DNA of 64,000 bases from Chthonomonadales bacterium. GTDB taxonomy: Bacteria; Armatimonadota; Chthonomonadetes; Chthonomonadales; CAJBBX01. The notes under the pieces were generated by a model, which saw only the letters and a list, made by a program, of their open reading frames with translations, made no database searches and was not told the DNA's origin. Below are positions 27,669-37,359 of this stretch, one piece after another. Location of the stretch: NCBI GenBank assembly GCA_020849275.1, contig JADLGO010000021.1:72324-136323 (forward strand). Direction: 5' to 3'. Within the stretch, counting starts at the first letter, position 1. Every line of letters starts with the position of its first letter. The translations under genes and the position numbers were made by a program.

Positions 27669-28251
27669 CCTGCTCGTCCGGCACGACGTAGGCGCGCCCG
27701 GTGGCCGGCGACACCTCGATGGTGTCGCGGTAGCCGTCGGCGGCAACGATGGTCAGGATCGCGCCGTCGGTGGTGCCGTCCTCGCGGAAAACAAGCTCCG
27801 GCGAAACGTCGCGCTGGAGCGGCGAGCCGCTCGTACGGCCGCCACCAACCTCGAAGTCGGCGATCGTCACCGTCTCTGGAAACTCGAAGGGCCGCGCGGG
27901 CAGCGAGGTGGGCGGCGCCTCCGTCTCCTGCAGCGCCGTCGGCAGGTCCTCGGCAGCGGGCGGAGCGGCGGCCACGGCGGCAAGCGTGCCCGACTGCGCG
28001 TCGAACGTGACCGTGCACGGAGCGCCGGTCTCGGCGGCCTGGGCCCGCGCCCAGGCGAGCAGGCCCATCACGGCGGCGACGGTGCGCTCGTACTGCGCTT
28101 TGGCCAACATGCGGCCATAGGCCGGCACGATAATGGCCGACGCCGTCGCCATAATGATGATCAGCACCACCATCTCGATCAGCGTGAAGCCGGCTTGCCG
28201 CCCCGGGCCCCGGGCCGCGACCCGATCTTCCGTCGCCGCGCGATACGTCAC
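27649..28251 (-). CDS. GspH-like minor pseudopilin
   Basis: GTG 28251 overlaps the gspG stop (GTGA). Prepilin motif [18 protein letters not shown]. In the gspH position. Confidence 0.6.
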   Translation of the reverse strand: MTYRAATEDRVAARGPGRQAGFTLIEMVVLIIIMATASAIIVPAYGRMLAKAQYERTVAAVMGLLAWARAQAAETGAPCTVTFDAQSGTLAAVAAAPPAAEDLPTALQETEAPPTSLPARPFEFPETVTIADFEVGGGRTSGSPLQRDVSPELVFREDGTTDGAILTIVAADGYRDTIEVSPATGRAYVVPDEQDERARR

Positions 28252-28682
28252 TGCTGCAGGTTCCAGTTGCCGATGTCGTCGTTCGTGCCTGCCTGGCCAT
28301 CGGGCCCGGACGAGTAGATGTCGTAGTCCACGCCATGCTCGCCGGGATAGCGGTAGTTGTACGGATGGCCCCACGGGTCGTTGGGCATCCCGTTCTTGAT
28401 GTAGGGCCCGTTCCACTTGGCCTCGTTGCCCACGTTGGAGACCAGGGCCTGGAGTCCCTGGTCGCTCGACGGGTAGCTGCCCGTGTCGACCTTGTAGGCC
28501 TCCAGATGCTGGTCCAGAGTGCTCACGGTGGTCGTTGCGCTGGCGACGCGGGCGTCCTCGATGCGGCCGGTGACCCTCGGGATCACCACGACCGCGAGGA
28601 TGGCCAGGATGACGATGACGACAAGGAGCTCGATGAGCGTGAAGCCGCGCCGTGCGCGCCGGCCCCGTAAGCTGCTGTGCAT
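28248..28682 (-). CDS. gspG: type II secretion major pseudopilin GspG
   Basis: Prepilin motif [20 protein letters not shown] followed by the GspG core ([22 protein letters not shown]...[39 protein letters not shown]). Confidence 0.9.
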   Translation of the reverse strand: MHSSLRGRRARRGFTLIELLVVIVILAILAVVVIPRVTGRIEDARVASATTTVSTLDQHLEAYKVDTGSYPSSDQGLQALVSNVGNEAKWNGPYIKNGMPNDPWGHPYNYRYPGEHGVDYDIYSSGPDGQAGTNDDIGNWNLQQ

Positions 28683-28733
28683 TGCGGACCTCCGAAAACG
28701 GTGTGCCTGCCGGCGGGCGACCGGCAGCGCGTG

Positions 28734-29978
28734 CTAGTGTACCACGGTGCTCGCCTGGAAGATTGGCAGCAGGATCGACAGGACGACGAAGCCCACGAAG
28801 CTGCCCATGAGCAGCACGATCACGGGCTCGACCAGGCTGGTCAGCCGGCGCATGGCGTTGTCCACCTCAAAGTCGAGCGTGTCGGCCGTGCGCACGAGCA
28901 TCCGGGCAAGCTGCCCGGTCTCCTCGCCGACCGCGGACATGTGCACCACGAGCGGCAGGAAGGCGCCCGACACCTCCATCGAGGTCGCAAGGGTCTCGCC
29001 CTGGCGCACCTGATCGCGCACGCCGAGCACGGCGTCCGCCGTGACCGTGTTGCCGACGGCCGTTCCCGAGATCGCCAGCGACTCCAGCACCGGAACGCCT
29101 CCGCCGAGGAGCGTGCCGAGCGTGCGCGTGAAGCGCGCCATCACCATCTTGCGTGTGAGCACGCCAACGAGTGGAAGGGAGAGGCGCATACCGTCGAATG
29201 AGCGGCGTCCGGAACCGGTCCGCACCCAGGAGCGCGCGGCGAGCCAGGCCAGGAAGCCAGCGGCCACGATCCAGTACCATCGGTGCACTACGAAGCCGGA
29301 GGTGGCCAGTAGTATCTGCGTGGGCATCGGCAGCGCGGCGCCCAGGTCCTTGAACACGTCCTGCAGGCGGGGGATCACGAAAGTGAGCAGGAAGGTGACC
29401 GCGACCAGCGCCACGGTGATCAGGACCATCGGGTAGGTGAGGGCGGCCATCACCTGGCTGCGGCGGACCTGCTCGCGCTCCAGGAAGTCGGCCAGCCGCG
29501 CCATCACGCCCGGGAGCTGCCCGGACACCTCGCCGGCGTGGATCATGTTTGCGTAGAGGTCCGGGAACTCGCGTGGGTAGGCGCGAAGTGCCTCCGAGAG
29601 CGGCTTGCCGGCGCGGATGTCCTCCTGGAGATGACGGACCATCGCCTGCAGGAGCTCATGGTCGCTCTGCTCGATCAGCACGCGCAGCGCGCGGTCGATG
29701 GGCAGCCCGGCATCGATGAGGTCGGCGAGCTCACGGGTGAACAGGAGGATCTGCGTGCGCGGGACGCGCTTACCGCCGGCCGTGGCCCCGGCGAGGGCGG
29801 CCTGGGCGCCATCGCGCCCCGCCCGGGCGCGGCCGTTGGCCGACGCCTCCTTGACCGAGACGGGGTAGAAGCCCAGGGCGCGCACCCTTGCGGCCGCGTC
29901 CTGAGCGTCGCGGCCGTCGAGCGCGCCGCTGATCGGCTTGCCCGAGCGGTCGAGTGCGCTGTAGCGAAAGTCAGGCAT
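28734..29978 (-). CDS. gspF: type II secretion / type IV pilus platform protein GspF/PilC
   Basis: 414 aa with two T2SSF repeats and three TM segments. Family-typical blocks include FTRELADLIDAGLPIDRAL and FTRTLGTLLGGGVPVLESL. Confidence 0.9.
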   Translation of the reverse strand: MPDFRYSALDRSGKPISGALDGRDAQDAAARVRALGFYPVSVKEASANGRARAGRDGAQAALAGATAGGKRVPRTQILLFTRELADLIDAGLPIDRALRVLIEQSDHELLQAMVRHLQEDIRAGKPLSEALRAYPREFPDLYANMIHAGEVSGQLPGVMARLADFLEREQVRRSQVMAALTYPMVLITVALVAVTFLLTFVIPRLQDVFKDLGAALPMPTQILLATSGFVVHRWYWIVAAGFLAWLAARSWVRTGSGRRSFDGMRLSLPLVGVLTRKMVMARFTRTLGTLLGGGVPVLESLAISGTAVGNTVTADAVLGVRDQVRQGETLATSMEVSGAFLPLVVHMSAVGEETGQLARMLVRTADTLDFEVDNAMRRLTSLVEPVIVLLMGSFVGFVVLSILLPIFQASTVVH

Positions 29979-30020
29979 CGGCGCGCTCGCGAGGACCGGC
30001 GAGATCCCGAACCGTCATCC

Positions 30021-31724
30021 TCACTCGAAATCCTCCCGCTGGCAGACGCGCAGCACTTCCTTGACCGTGGTGTCGCCGGCGAGCGCGCGGCGGCGTCCGT
30101 CCTGCAGGAGCGTCACCATGCCCTGCTGGCGAACGCCATACTGCTTGATGACGGTAGCCGGCTCGCGCCGCACGATCATCTGGCGCATCGCGTCGTCGAC
30201 GGTGAGCATCTCGAAGAGCCCGCTGCGCCCGCGGTAGCCGACCCCGCGGCACTCCGGGCAGCCCGCGCCCGCGTGCAGTGGGTGCTGCTGCGCCTGGGCC
30301 TCCGAGATGCCGATCTCGTGAAGCTCGACGGCCTTCTCCGTCACCGGCCGCCTGCAGCGCGGGCAGTTGACGCGCACGAGGCGCTGGGCGATGGTGCCGA
30401 TGAGCGAGGAGGCGACCAGGTAGGGTTCGGCGCCCATGTCGAGCATGCGGCTGACGGCGCCGGCGGCGTCGTTGGTGTGCAGCGTGCTGAACACGAGGTG
30501 GCCGGTGAGCGCGGCATGGATCGCGATCTCGACGGTCTCGGTGTCGCGGATCTCGCCGACCATGATGATGTCCGGGTCCTGGCGCACGATGTGGCGCAGG
30601 CCGTTGGCGAAGGTCAGGTCGATCTGCGGGTGCACCTGGATCTGGTTGATGCCGTTGAGCTGGTACTCGACGGGGTCCTCGATCGTGATGATCTTCCGCT
30701 CGGTCGAGTAGATCTCGTTCAGCGCGGCGTAGAGGGTCGTCGTTTTGCCGGAGCCGGTGGGGCCGGTGACGAGAATGATGCCGTGCGGCTCCTGGATCAG
30801 GCGGCGAAAGCGCTCGAACATGAGCCCGTGCATCCCGAGCTCGCGCAGGCCGAGCATGGCGGTCTGCTTGTCGAGGATGCGCAGAACGGCGCTCTCACCG
30901 TAGAGCGTCGGCACTGTGGAGACGCGCAGGTCGATCTGGCGGCCGGCGGCGCGCAGACGCATGCGGCCGTCCTGCGGCAGTCGCCGCTCCGCGATGTTCA
31001 TGTCCGAGAGGATCTTGATGCGCGAGATGATGGCTGGATGGAACCGTTTGGGCGGGGCGTTGATCTCGTGCAGCACACCGTCGATGCGGTAGCGAACGCG
31101 CAACTCGCGCTCGAACGGCTCGATGTGGATGTCGGAGGCGCGGTCCTGGATGCCCTGATTGATGATCATGTTGACCATCTGGATGACCAGTTCCTCGCGG
31201 GCCATCTTCTGGAGGTCGGCGACGTCCAGGCTCTCGTCGTCCTGAGCGGTCTGCTCGTGGGCCTCCACGTCCTGCAGCATGCGGCTCATGTAGAACTGCT
31301 GGACGGCCCGGTTGATCTCCTGCGGACTGGCGAGCATCGGCCGCACGCTGAAGCCGGTGAGCAAGCGCAGGTCGTCGATGGATTGCACGTCCAGGGGGTC
31401 GGCCATCGCCACGGTGAGCGTGTGGTCGGTCTGCTGGAGCGGGAGCAGGTGGTGGCGGAGCGCGAACTCGCTCGGCACGATCTGCAGCGCCTCGGGGTCC
31501 GGCGGCGTCACGTTGATGTCGATCAGGGGGCATTCAAGCTGCTCGGAGAGCGCCGAGAGCACGGCCTGCTCAGACGCGAAGCGCATGTCGATCAGGATCT
31601 GCCCGATGCGCTTGGCGTTGCTCTGCCGTCGCTGCTCCGCCAGCGCCTGGTCGAGCTGTTCGGGCGTGATCACGCCCTTCTCGACCAGGATGGCTCCCAG
31701 TGGGGTTCGTTTGAGGGTGAGCAA
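30021..31724 (-). CDS. gspE: type II secretion / type IV pilus assembly ATPase GspE/PilB
   Basis: TTG start with a GGAGG SD 6 nt upstream. N-terminal MshEN/T2SSE_N-like domain, Walker A GPTGSGKTT, Asp and His boxes, and the tetracysteine motif CPRCRR...CPECRGVGYRGR. Confidence 0.95.
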   Translation of the reverse strand: MLTLKRTPLGAILVEKGVITPEQLDQALAEQRRQSNAKRIGQILIDMRFASEQAVLSALSEQLECPLIDINVTPPDPEALQIVPSEFALRHHLLPLQQTDHTLTVAMADPLDVQSIDDLRLLTGFSVRPMLASPQEINRAVQQFYMSRMLQDVEAHEQTAQDDESLDVADLQKMAREELVIQMVNMIINQGIQDRASDIHIEPFERELRVRYRIDGVLHEINAPPKRFHPAIISRIKILSDMNIAERRLPQDGRMRLRAAGRQIDLRVSTVPTLYGESAVLRILDKQTAMLGLRELGMHGLMFERFRRLIQEPHGIILVTGPTGSGKTTTLYAALNEIYSTERKIITIEDPVEYQLNGINQIQVHPQIDLTFANGLRHIVRQDPDIIMVGEIRDTETVEIAIHAALTGHLVFSTLHTNDAAGAVSRMLDMGAEPYLVASSLIGTIAQRLVRVNCPRCRRPVTEKAVELHEIGISEAQAQQHPLHAGAGCPECRGVGYRGRSGLFEMLTVDDAMRQMIVRREPATVIKQYGVRQQGMVTLLQDGRRRALAGDTTVKEVLRVCQREDFE

Positions 31725-32069
31725 GCCAATCCTCCGGGAGCGCCGGACGCCGGCCGTGACCGGGGGCCGGTCCTCGATCCGATCGCCGACGACTCCAAGC
31801 GCCCTGATGATCCACTGCGAGGCCCGATGACGGGGAGCGCGCCTTGCCGTCGGGACAGGCGGCGTCCAGGGCGGACCAGCGGAACGGACGGGTGTTCACA
31901 CCTATAGACGGCCGGTTTGGGCCCCCGGTGTCAGAGCATTTCGGCCCCCGCGGGCGGGCCGGGCCCCTCGGGGAAACCCCGCCGCGCGCGCCGACGTAGT
32001 GTTCTTGAGCGCGTCGTTCGGGGGAGCCCCGATCCGGTTACGCGGCACGTCGAAAGGAGCAAGCGGACG

Positions 32070-32360
32070 ATGGCGGAAACAGACGAGCAGGGCACGTTGG
32101 GCACGTCGCTGTTGGTCTTCCTTCTGGGTGTTGCCGTCGGAGCGACGGTGGCCATCCTGTATGCCCCGGCCGCGGGTTCGGAGACGCGGGCGCAGATCTC
32201 CGAGAAGGCTGTGCATCTTAAGGACAAGGCGGCAGACGTGGGTCACCAGGTCGTCGACAAGGCCAGCCAGGTCAGAGAGCGCGTCGTCTCGCGAGCGAAC
32301 CAGGCTGCCTCGGAAGCCTCGAATGGAGGCGCCGATGGCGCCGGCTCGGAGTCGGCCTGA
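32070..32360 (+). CDS. YtxH-like membrane-anchored stress protein
   Basis: ORF trimmed to ATG 32070 (AAAGGAG SD). LLVFLLGVAVGATVAILYAPAAGSETRAQI is the YtxH signature. Confidence 0.7.
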   Translation: MAETDEQGTLGTSLLVFLLGVAVGATVAILYAPAAGSETRAQISEKAVHLKDKAADVGHQVVDKASQVRERVVSRANQAASEASNGGADGAGSESA

Positions 32361-32397
32361 TCGGCTGGTGCCCGCTTCGGAGCGGCAAGGCCGCCGC

Positions 32398-32430
32398 AAC
32401 GGGACGGCTCGCACGGGCCGTCCCGTTTGT
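32398..32430 (+). terminator. intrinsic terminator after the YtxH-like gene
   Basis: AACGGGACGGC-tcgcacgg-GCCGTCCCGTT followed by TGT. 11-bp perfect stem with a short T-run. Confidence 0.55.
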
Positions 32431-32583
32431 GCCTGCGACGCCTGGCGGGGCGGCCGGCACGATTCCGGGGTCACGGCCGTATACGATTCATGCCGCTCTC
32501 TCCATGCGCACGAGGCCGCCGCGGGGCTCTCAACCGCACGGTCAGGGCATATGGCGCGCACGGCGAAGGACGGTGTATGAACC

Positions 32584-33639
32584 ATGCCGACTATGCAATC
32601 GCGAACTGACATATCGAGACCACGCGGGCGGCGCCGCTTGGCGGAGACGGTGCTGGACCGCAGCCACGAGGGGCCGGCGACCGAGTCGCAGTCCACCGTC
32701 GACGTCGATCGCTTCGAGCATCTGCTGCACGAGGTCGCCGCCGAGGCGCACGATGCCGGGAGCGGCGGCCCGGACACACCAGCCTGGCACGATCCGGCGG
32801 CCTCTCGGCGCTCCTCGCGCGAGATGGCGGACACGTGGATGGCGGTGAGCTCACGGGTGCCGCTGCTGACCCCGGCGCAGGAGGTGCGCCTGGCCAAGCG
32901 CGTCGAGGCCGGCGACAGCCGCGCGCGCGAGGCGCTCATCACCGCGAACGTTCGCCTGGTGGCGTCGGTCGCACGCCGCTATCTCGGCCGCGGCCTCCCG
33001 TTGGAGGACCTGATGCAGGAGGGCACGATCGGGCTGATTCGGGCGGTGGAGAAGTACAACTACCGCCGCGGATACCGATTCAGCACCTACGCGACCCACT
33101 GGATCCGACAGGCGATCTCGCGCTCGCTCGCCAACCAGGGCCGCTCGATCCGGCTTCCCGCCCACGTGGTCGACACGCTCGGCCGTGTGTCGCGCACCCG
33201 TGACGAGCTGTTCCAGCGGCTTGGCAGGCCGCCGACGCGCCAGGAGCTCGCCCAGTCGACCGGACTGACGGAACAGAAGCTGGTTCAGCTCCTCCGCAGC
33301 GCCATACAGCCGGTGTCGCTGGAGATGCCGGTGGGCGAAGCCGGCGACACGCGCCTGAGCGACTTCATCCCGGCCGGAGAGGACAGCTCGCCCGCAGCGC
33401 GCGTGTTCAGCCACATTGTGCGCGAGGAACTGGAGCACGTGCTGTCCGTGCTGACCCCGCGCGAGCGCGACGTGCTGGTCCTGCGGTTTGGCCTGATGGA
33501 CGAGGACCCGCACACGCTGGAGGAGACTGGCCGGCGCTTGCACATCACGCGCGAGCGCGCCCGCCAGATCGAGGGCAAGGCGCTCGAGAAGCTCCGGCAC
33601 GCGCACGACACGACGCGGCTGCTGCGTGCGGTCGAATGA
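32584..33639 (+). CDS. RNA polymerase sigma-70 family factor (RpoD-like, group 1/2)
   Basis: Region 2 ([59 protein letters not shown]), region 3, and region 4.2 ([28 protein letters not shown]). The exact start is uncertain. Confidence 0.9.
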   Translation: MPTMQSRTDISRPRGRRRLAETVLDRSHEGPATESQSTVDVDRFEHLLHEVAAEAHDAGSGGPDTPAWHDPAASRRSSREMADTWMAVSSRVPLLTPAQEVRLAKRVEAGDSRAREALITANVRLVASVARRYLGRGLPLEDLMQEGTIGLIRAVEKYNYRRGYRFSTYATHWIRQAISRSLANQGRSIRLPAHVVDTLGRVSRTRDELFQRLGRPPTRQELAQSTGLTEQKLVQLLRSAIQPVSLEMPVGEAGDTRLSDFIPAGEDSSPAARVFSHIVREELEHVLSVLTPRERDVLVLRFGLMDEDPHTLEETGRRLHITRERARQIEGKALEKLRHAHDTTRLLRAVE

Positions 33640-33667
33640 CGGCCGGCCAGCGCACCGCATCACTCTC

Positions 33668-33693
33668 GGGGCGTCGGCGTTCGTCGGCGCCCC
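33668..33693 (+). terminator. GC stem-loop between the sigma factor gene and zwf (terminator-like, no U-tract)
   Basis: GGGGCGTCGGC-gttc-GTCGGCGCCCC, an 11-bp stem containing two G-U pairs. Confidence 0.3.
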
Positions 33694-33721
33694 GGACTGT
33701 ATGACCCGGCAGGAGGCCAGG

Positions 33722-35281
33722 ATGGCGGAAGGCGCAAGCCCGGTCGACCGTTGCGACGTGCTGACCATTGAAAGGCCGGACCCGTGCGCACTGGTGCTGT
33801 TCGGAGCGACCGGCGACCTCACGCGGCGCAAGCTGATGCCGGCCCTCTACAGCCTGGCTGTTCAGAAGTTGCTGCCGGACCGATTCGCGATCGTCGCCTT
33901 CGCTCGGCAAGATACAGACGACGCGGGGTTCCGCGCCGAGATCCAGAACGCGCTGCGCACCCACGCACCGTCGCTCCCGCTGGCCGGCGAGCAATGGGAT
34001 GGCTTCGCGAAGCGCTTGCACTACCTGCGCTCCGACCTGGACGACCCGCGAGGCTATGCCGCGCTCAAGGCGCTCCTGGAAGGCCTTGACCGGAAGGAGG
34101 ACCTGCGCGGGAACCGCCTGTTTTACCTGGCCACGCCTCCGAACTACTTCGGTGACATAGCCCAGCGCCTGGGAAGCTCCGGACTGGTCTGCCCGGATGG
34201 GCCTGGCCACTGTTGGTCGCGGCTGGTCGTCGAAAAGCCGTTCGGCTACGACCTGAAGTCGGCGCGCGCCCTCAACGCAACGATCCGCGAGGCGTTCCAC
34301 GAAGACCAGGTCTACCGCATCGATCACTATCTGGGCAAGGAGACCGTCCAGAACATCCTGGTGATGCGTTTCGCGAACCGGCTGTTCGAGCTGCTCTGGA
34401 GCCACCTCTACATCGACAGCGTCCAGATCACCGTCGCGGAGACCCTCGGCATGGAGGGCCGCGGCGCCTACTTCGACAAGTCAGGAATCCTGCGCGACGT
34501 CATTCAGAACCACGCCCTCCAGTTGCTCACGCTCACCGCGATGGAGCCCCCGGTCAGCCTTCGCGCGGACGCGGTCCGCGACGAGAAGGTGAAGGTGCTG
34601 CGCTCGCTTCGCGCCTTCGACCCGGCGGCGATCGCTCTGGACGTGGTGCGCGGGCAGTACGTTGCGGGGGACATCGACGGCAAGCCGGTGCAGGCCTATA
34701 GCGAAGAGGAGGGGGTGTCCGCCGACACCCACACCGAGACATTTGCCGCGCTGCGCTTCTGGGTGGACAACTGGCGCTGGGCGGGCGTCCCGTTCTACGT
34801 GCGGGCGGGCAAGCGGCTGCCGACTCACCTGACCGAGATCGTGCTGCAGCTCAAGGAGGTGCCCGACGTGCTCTATGCGCGGATGGAGTGCATGGACATG
34901 CATCCGAATCGCCTGGTCATCCGCGTGCAGCCGCACGAAGCCGTCGAGATCTGGATGAGCGCCAAGCGCCCCGGGCAGGCCATGCGCGTGCAGCCGGTGC
35001 GGATGCACTTTGACTACGCCGAGTCGTTCGGGAAGGCGATCCCGAGTGCCTACGAGCACCTGCTGCTCAACGCAATGGTCGGCGACACCTCGCTGTTCGC
35101 GCGGCACGACGAGGTCGAGACCGCGTGGGAGCTCGTCGATCCGGTCCTGAGGGCCTGGCACGCCGACTCGCGCCCGCCGGATCCCTACTTCGCCGGGGCG
35201 TGGGGGCCCGCTCCCGAGCACTGCCTGCCGTGCGACAACAGCCGGAGATGGTGGAACCCCGACGAGGTGGAAGCGGACTGA
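33722..35281 (+). CDS. zwf: glucose-6-phosphate dehydrogenase
   Basis: ATG 33722 lies 5 nt after AGGAGG; an alternative ATG is at 33701. NADP motif LFGATGDLTRRKL and active-site motif RIDHYLGKE. Confidence 0.95.
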   Translation: MAEGASPVDRCDVLTIERPDPCALVLFGATGDLTRRKLMPALYSLAVQKLLPDRFAIVAFARQDTDDAGFRAEIQNALRTHAPSLPLAGEQWDGFAKRLHYLRSDLDDPRGYAALKALLEGLDRKEDLRGNRLFYLATPPNYFGDIAQRLGSSGLVCPDGPGHCWSRLVVEKPFGYDLKSARALNATIREAFHEDQVYRIDHYLGKETVQNILVMRFANRLFELLWSHLYIDSVQITVAETLGMEGRGAYFDKSGILRDVIQNHALQLLTLTAMEPPVSLRADAVRDEKVKVLRSLRAFDPAAIALDVVRGQYVAGDIDGKPVQAYSEEEGVSADTHTETFAALRFWVDNWRWAGVPFYVRAGKRLPTHLTEIVLQLKEVPDVLYARMECMDMHPNRLVIRVQPHEAVEIWMSAKRPGQAMRVQPVRMHFDYAESFGKAIPSAYEHLLLNAMVGDTSLFARHDEVETAWELVDPVLRAWHADSRPPDPYFAGAWGPAPEHCLPCDNSRRWWNPDEVEAD

Positions 35282-35293
35282 CGTCCGCGCGGC

Positions 35294-36160
35294 TCACACG
35301 TCGCAGATTCGCACGGCCTGCGCCAGGGAGGCCATCGGGTCGCGCTTGGGGATGAACTCGTGCGCGACGAACCCCGTGAAGCCCCCGTCCGCGATGGCCT
35401 GGCAGACGCGGCGGTAGTTCAGCTCCTGGGTGGCGTCGATCTCGTTGCGGCCAGGCACGCCGCCGGTGTGAAAGTGCGCGATGTACGGCAGGTTCTCGCG
35501 GATGGTCGCGACGACGTCGCCCTCCATGATCTGCATGTGGTAGATGTCGTAGAGCAGCTTGAACCGCTCGGAGCCGACCTGCTTGACGACCTGCACCCCC
35601 CAGGCCGTGTGGTCACACTGGTAGTCCTTGTGGTCGCGCTTGCTGTTCAGGAGCTCCATGCAGAGCGTCACCCCGAGCCTCTCCGCGGACCCGATGATCC
35701 GCTTGATGCCGGTCACGCAGTTGCGGATGCCCTCGTCGTCCGAGAGGCCCCGCCGGTTGCCGGAGAGCAGGATCATGTTTGGCCAGCCCATCGCCGCCAC
35801 GAGGGGAAGGAGCCGCTCGGACTCGGCCACCAACCGCTCGTGGTTCGCCAGCGTGTTCCACCCGTCCGCGATGCCGCCGGGGCCGTTGGCCATGGAGCAG
35901 ACGAGCCCTTGCGCCTTCACGGTGGCCCACTCCGGCTCGCTGAGCAGGTCGATGCCCACGATGCCCATCTCCTTCGCCCGGCGGCACAGGTCCTCCAGCG
36001 CCACGCCGCCATAGCACCATCGCGACACCCCCTGGCGGATGCGGCCTCCCGTCCGCGCCGGGGCGTCCCGCGGCTCGGCGAGCCCCGGCCGGGCGGACAG
36101 CGCCGCCCCGGCGGCTGCGGCGAGCGCGGCCCTTCTCGTGATCCCCCGCGGTACGCCCAT
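35294..36160 (-). CDS. Tat-signal hydroxypyruvate isomerase-like TIM-barrel protein
   Basis: Twin-arginine signal [22 protein letters not shown]. Hyi-family-like blocks include [29 protein letters not shown] and FVAHEF. Confidence 0.8.
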   Translation of the reverse strand: MGVPRGITRRAALAAAAGAALSARPGLAEPRDAPARTGGRIRQGVSRWCYGGVALEDLCRRAKEMGIVGIDLLSEPEWATVKAQGLVCSMANGPGGIADGWNTLANHERLVAESERLLPLVAAMGWPNMILLSGNRRGLSDDEGIRNCVTGIKRIIGSAERLGVTLCMELLNSKRDHKDYQCDHTAWGVQVVKQVGSERFKLLYDIYHMQIMEGDVVATIRENLPYIAHFHTGGVPGRNEIDATQELNYRRVCQAIADGGFTGFVAHEFIPKRDPMASLAQAVRICDV

Positions 36161-36279
36161 CGTTCACGCTCCTCTGCCGCTCCGGCGGCGCGCACCATGC
36201 CGGAAGGTACAATAGGCTCTCCGGCTCGCCGCGCCATGCAGGGCGGCGGCTCCGCGCGCGACGAAGGAGGTCGGCTCCA

Positions 36280-37359
36280 TTGAACCCAGGTATCCTAGAG
36301 GCCTATCGGCGATTCCTGCCCGTGACCGACGCGACGCCCGTGGTGACGCTGCTCGAGGGCGCCACGCCGCTCCTTCCCGCTCCCCGCCTTGCCGCCTGGA
36401 TCGGCGCGCCGATTCGCCTGTTTCTCAAACTCGAGGGGATGAACCCGACCGGCTCGTTCAAGGATCGGGGCATGGCGATGGCCATCAGCAAGGCGGCCGA
36501 GTCCGGCGCGCGCGCCGTCATGTGCGCCTCGACCGGCAACACCTCGGCTTCGGCGGCGGCCTACGCCGCCCGCGCCGGCCTCGCGTGCCATGTGCTCATT
36601 CCGAGCGGCAAGATCGCGCTTGGCAAGCTCGCGCAGGCGCTCGCGCACGGCGCGCGCGTCCTCGCCGTCGACGGCAACTTCGACGCGGCGCTGCGGCTCG
36701 TTCGGGAGATCACTGACAGCTACCCGGTCACGCTCGTCAACTCGCTGAACCCCTTCCGCATCGAGGGTCAGAAGACGGCGGCGTTCGAGATCGTCGATTT
36801 CCTTGGCGTTGCGCCGGACTACCACGCGCTCCCCGTGGGCAACGCGGGGAACATTACCGCATACTGGCGGGGCTACCGCGAGTACCAGGCCGCGGGACGC
36901 TCCGGAGCGACGCCTGTCATGCTGGGCTTCCAGGCGGAGGGGGCGGCGCCGCTGGTGCTCGGCGCGCCCGTTGCGGCTCCGGAGACCGTGGCCACCGCCA
37001 TCCGCATCGGCCGTCCGGCGAGCTGGGACGGGGCCGTGGCGGCGCGCGATGAGTCCGGCGGCCTGATCGAGGCGGTGAGCGATGCCGAGATCCTTGCCGC
37101 TTACCGCGCGGCCGCGTCGCTGGAGGGTGTGTTCGCCGAGCCGGCCTCCGCCGCGCCGCTGGCGGGACTTCGGAAGCTGTCCGCGCGCGGGTTCCTGCCA
37201 CGGGACGCGACGGTCGTGGCCACGCTCACCGGCCACGGCCTGAAGGACCCGGACACGGCCGTTCGCGAGGCCGGCGGCGCGGTGACGCGGCTGCCCGCCG
37301 AGCGGGGCGCCGTCCTCGCGGCGCTCGGCTACGGCTCAGCCCAGGGCCTCGACGCGTAG
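36280..37359 (+). CDS. thrC: threonine synthase
   Basis: TTG start 9 nt after GAAGGAGG. PLP-lysine motif [10 protein letters not shown], plus [16 protein letters not shown]. Confidence 0.9.
   Translation: MNPGILEAYRRFLPVTDATPVVTLLEGATPLLPAPRLAAWIGAPIRLFLKLEGMNPTGSFKDRGMAMAISKAAESGARAVMCASTGNTSASAAAYAARAGLACHVLIPSGKIALGKLAQALAHGARVLAVDGNFDAALRLVREITDSYPVTLVNSLNPFRIEGQKTAAFEIVDFLGVAPDYHALPVGNAGNITAYWRGYREYQAAGRSGATPVMLGFQAEGAAPLVLGAPVAAPETVATAIRIGRPASWDGAVAARDESGGLIEAVSDAEILAAYRAAASLEGVFAEPASAAPLAGLRKLSARGFLPRDATVVATLTGHGLKDPDTAVREAGGAVTRLPAERGAVLAALGYGSAQGLDA

Noticed and set aside
31570-31899. 109-aa minus-strand ORF spanning the gspE 5' region.
   Set aside because: It overlaps the gspE N-terminus in another frame and has GC-noise composition. 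The region 31725-31900 is better treated as the operon 5' UTR, although I could not find a convincing promoter there (the TATAGG at 31902-31907 lacks a properly spaced -35).
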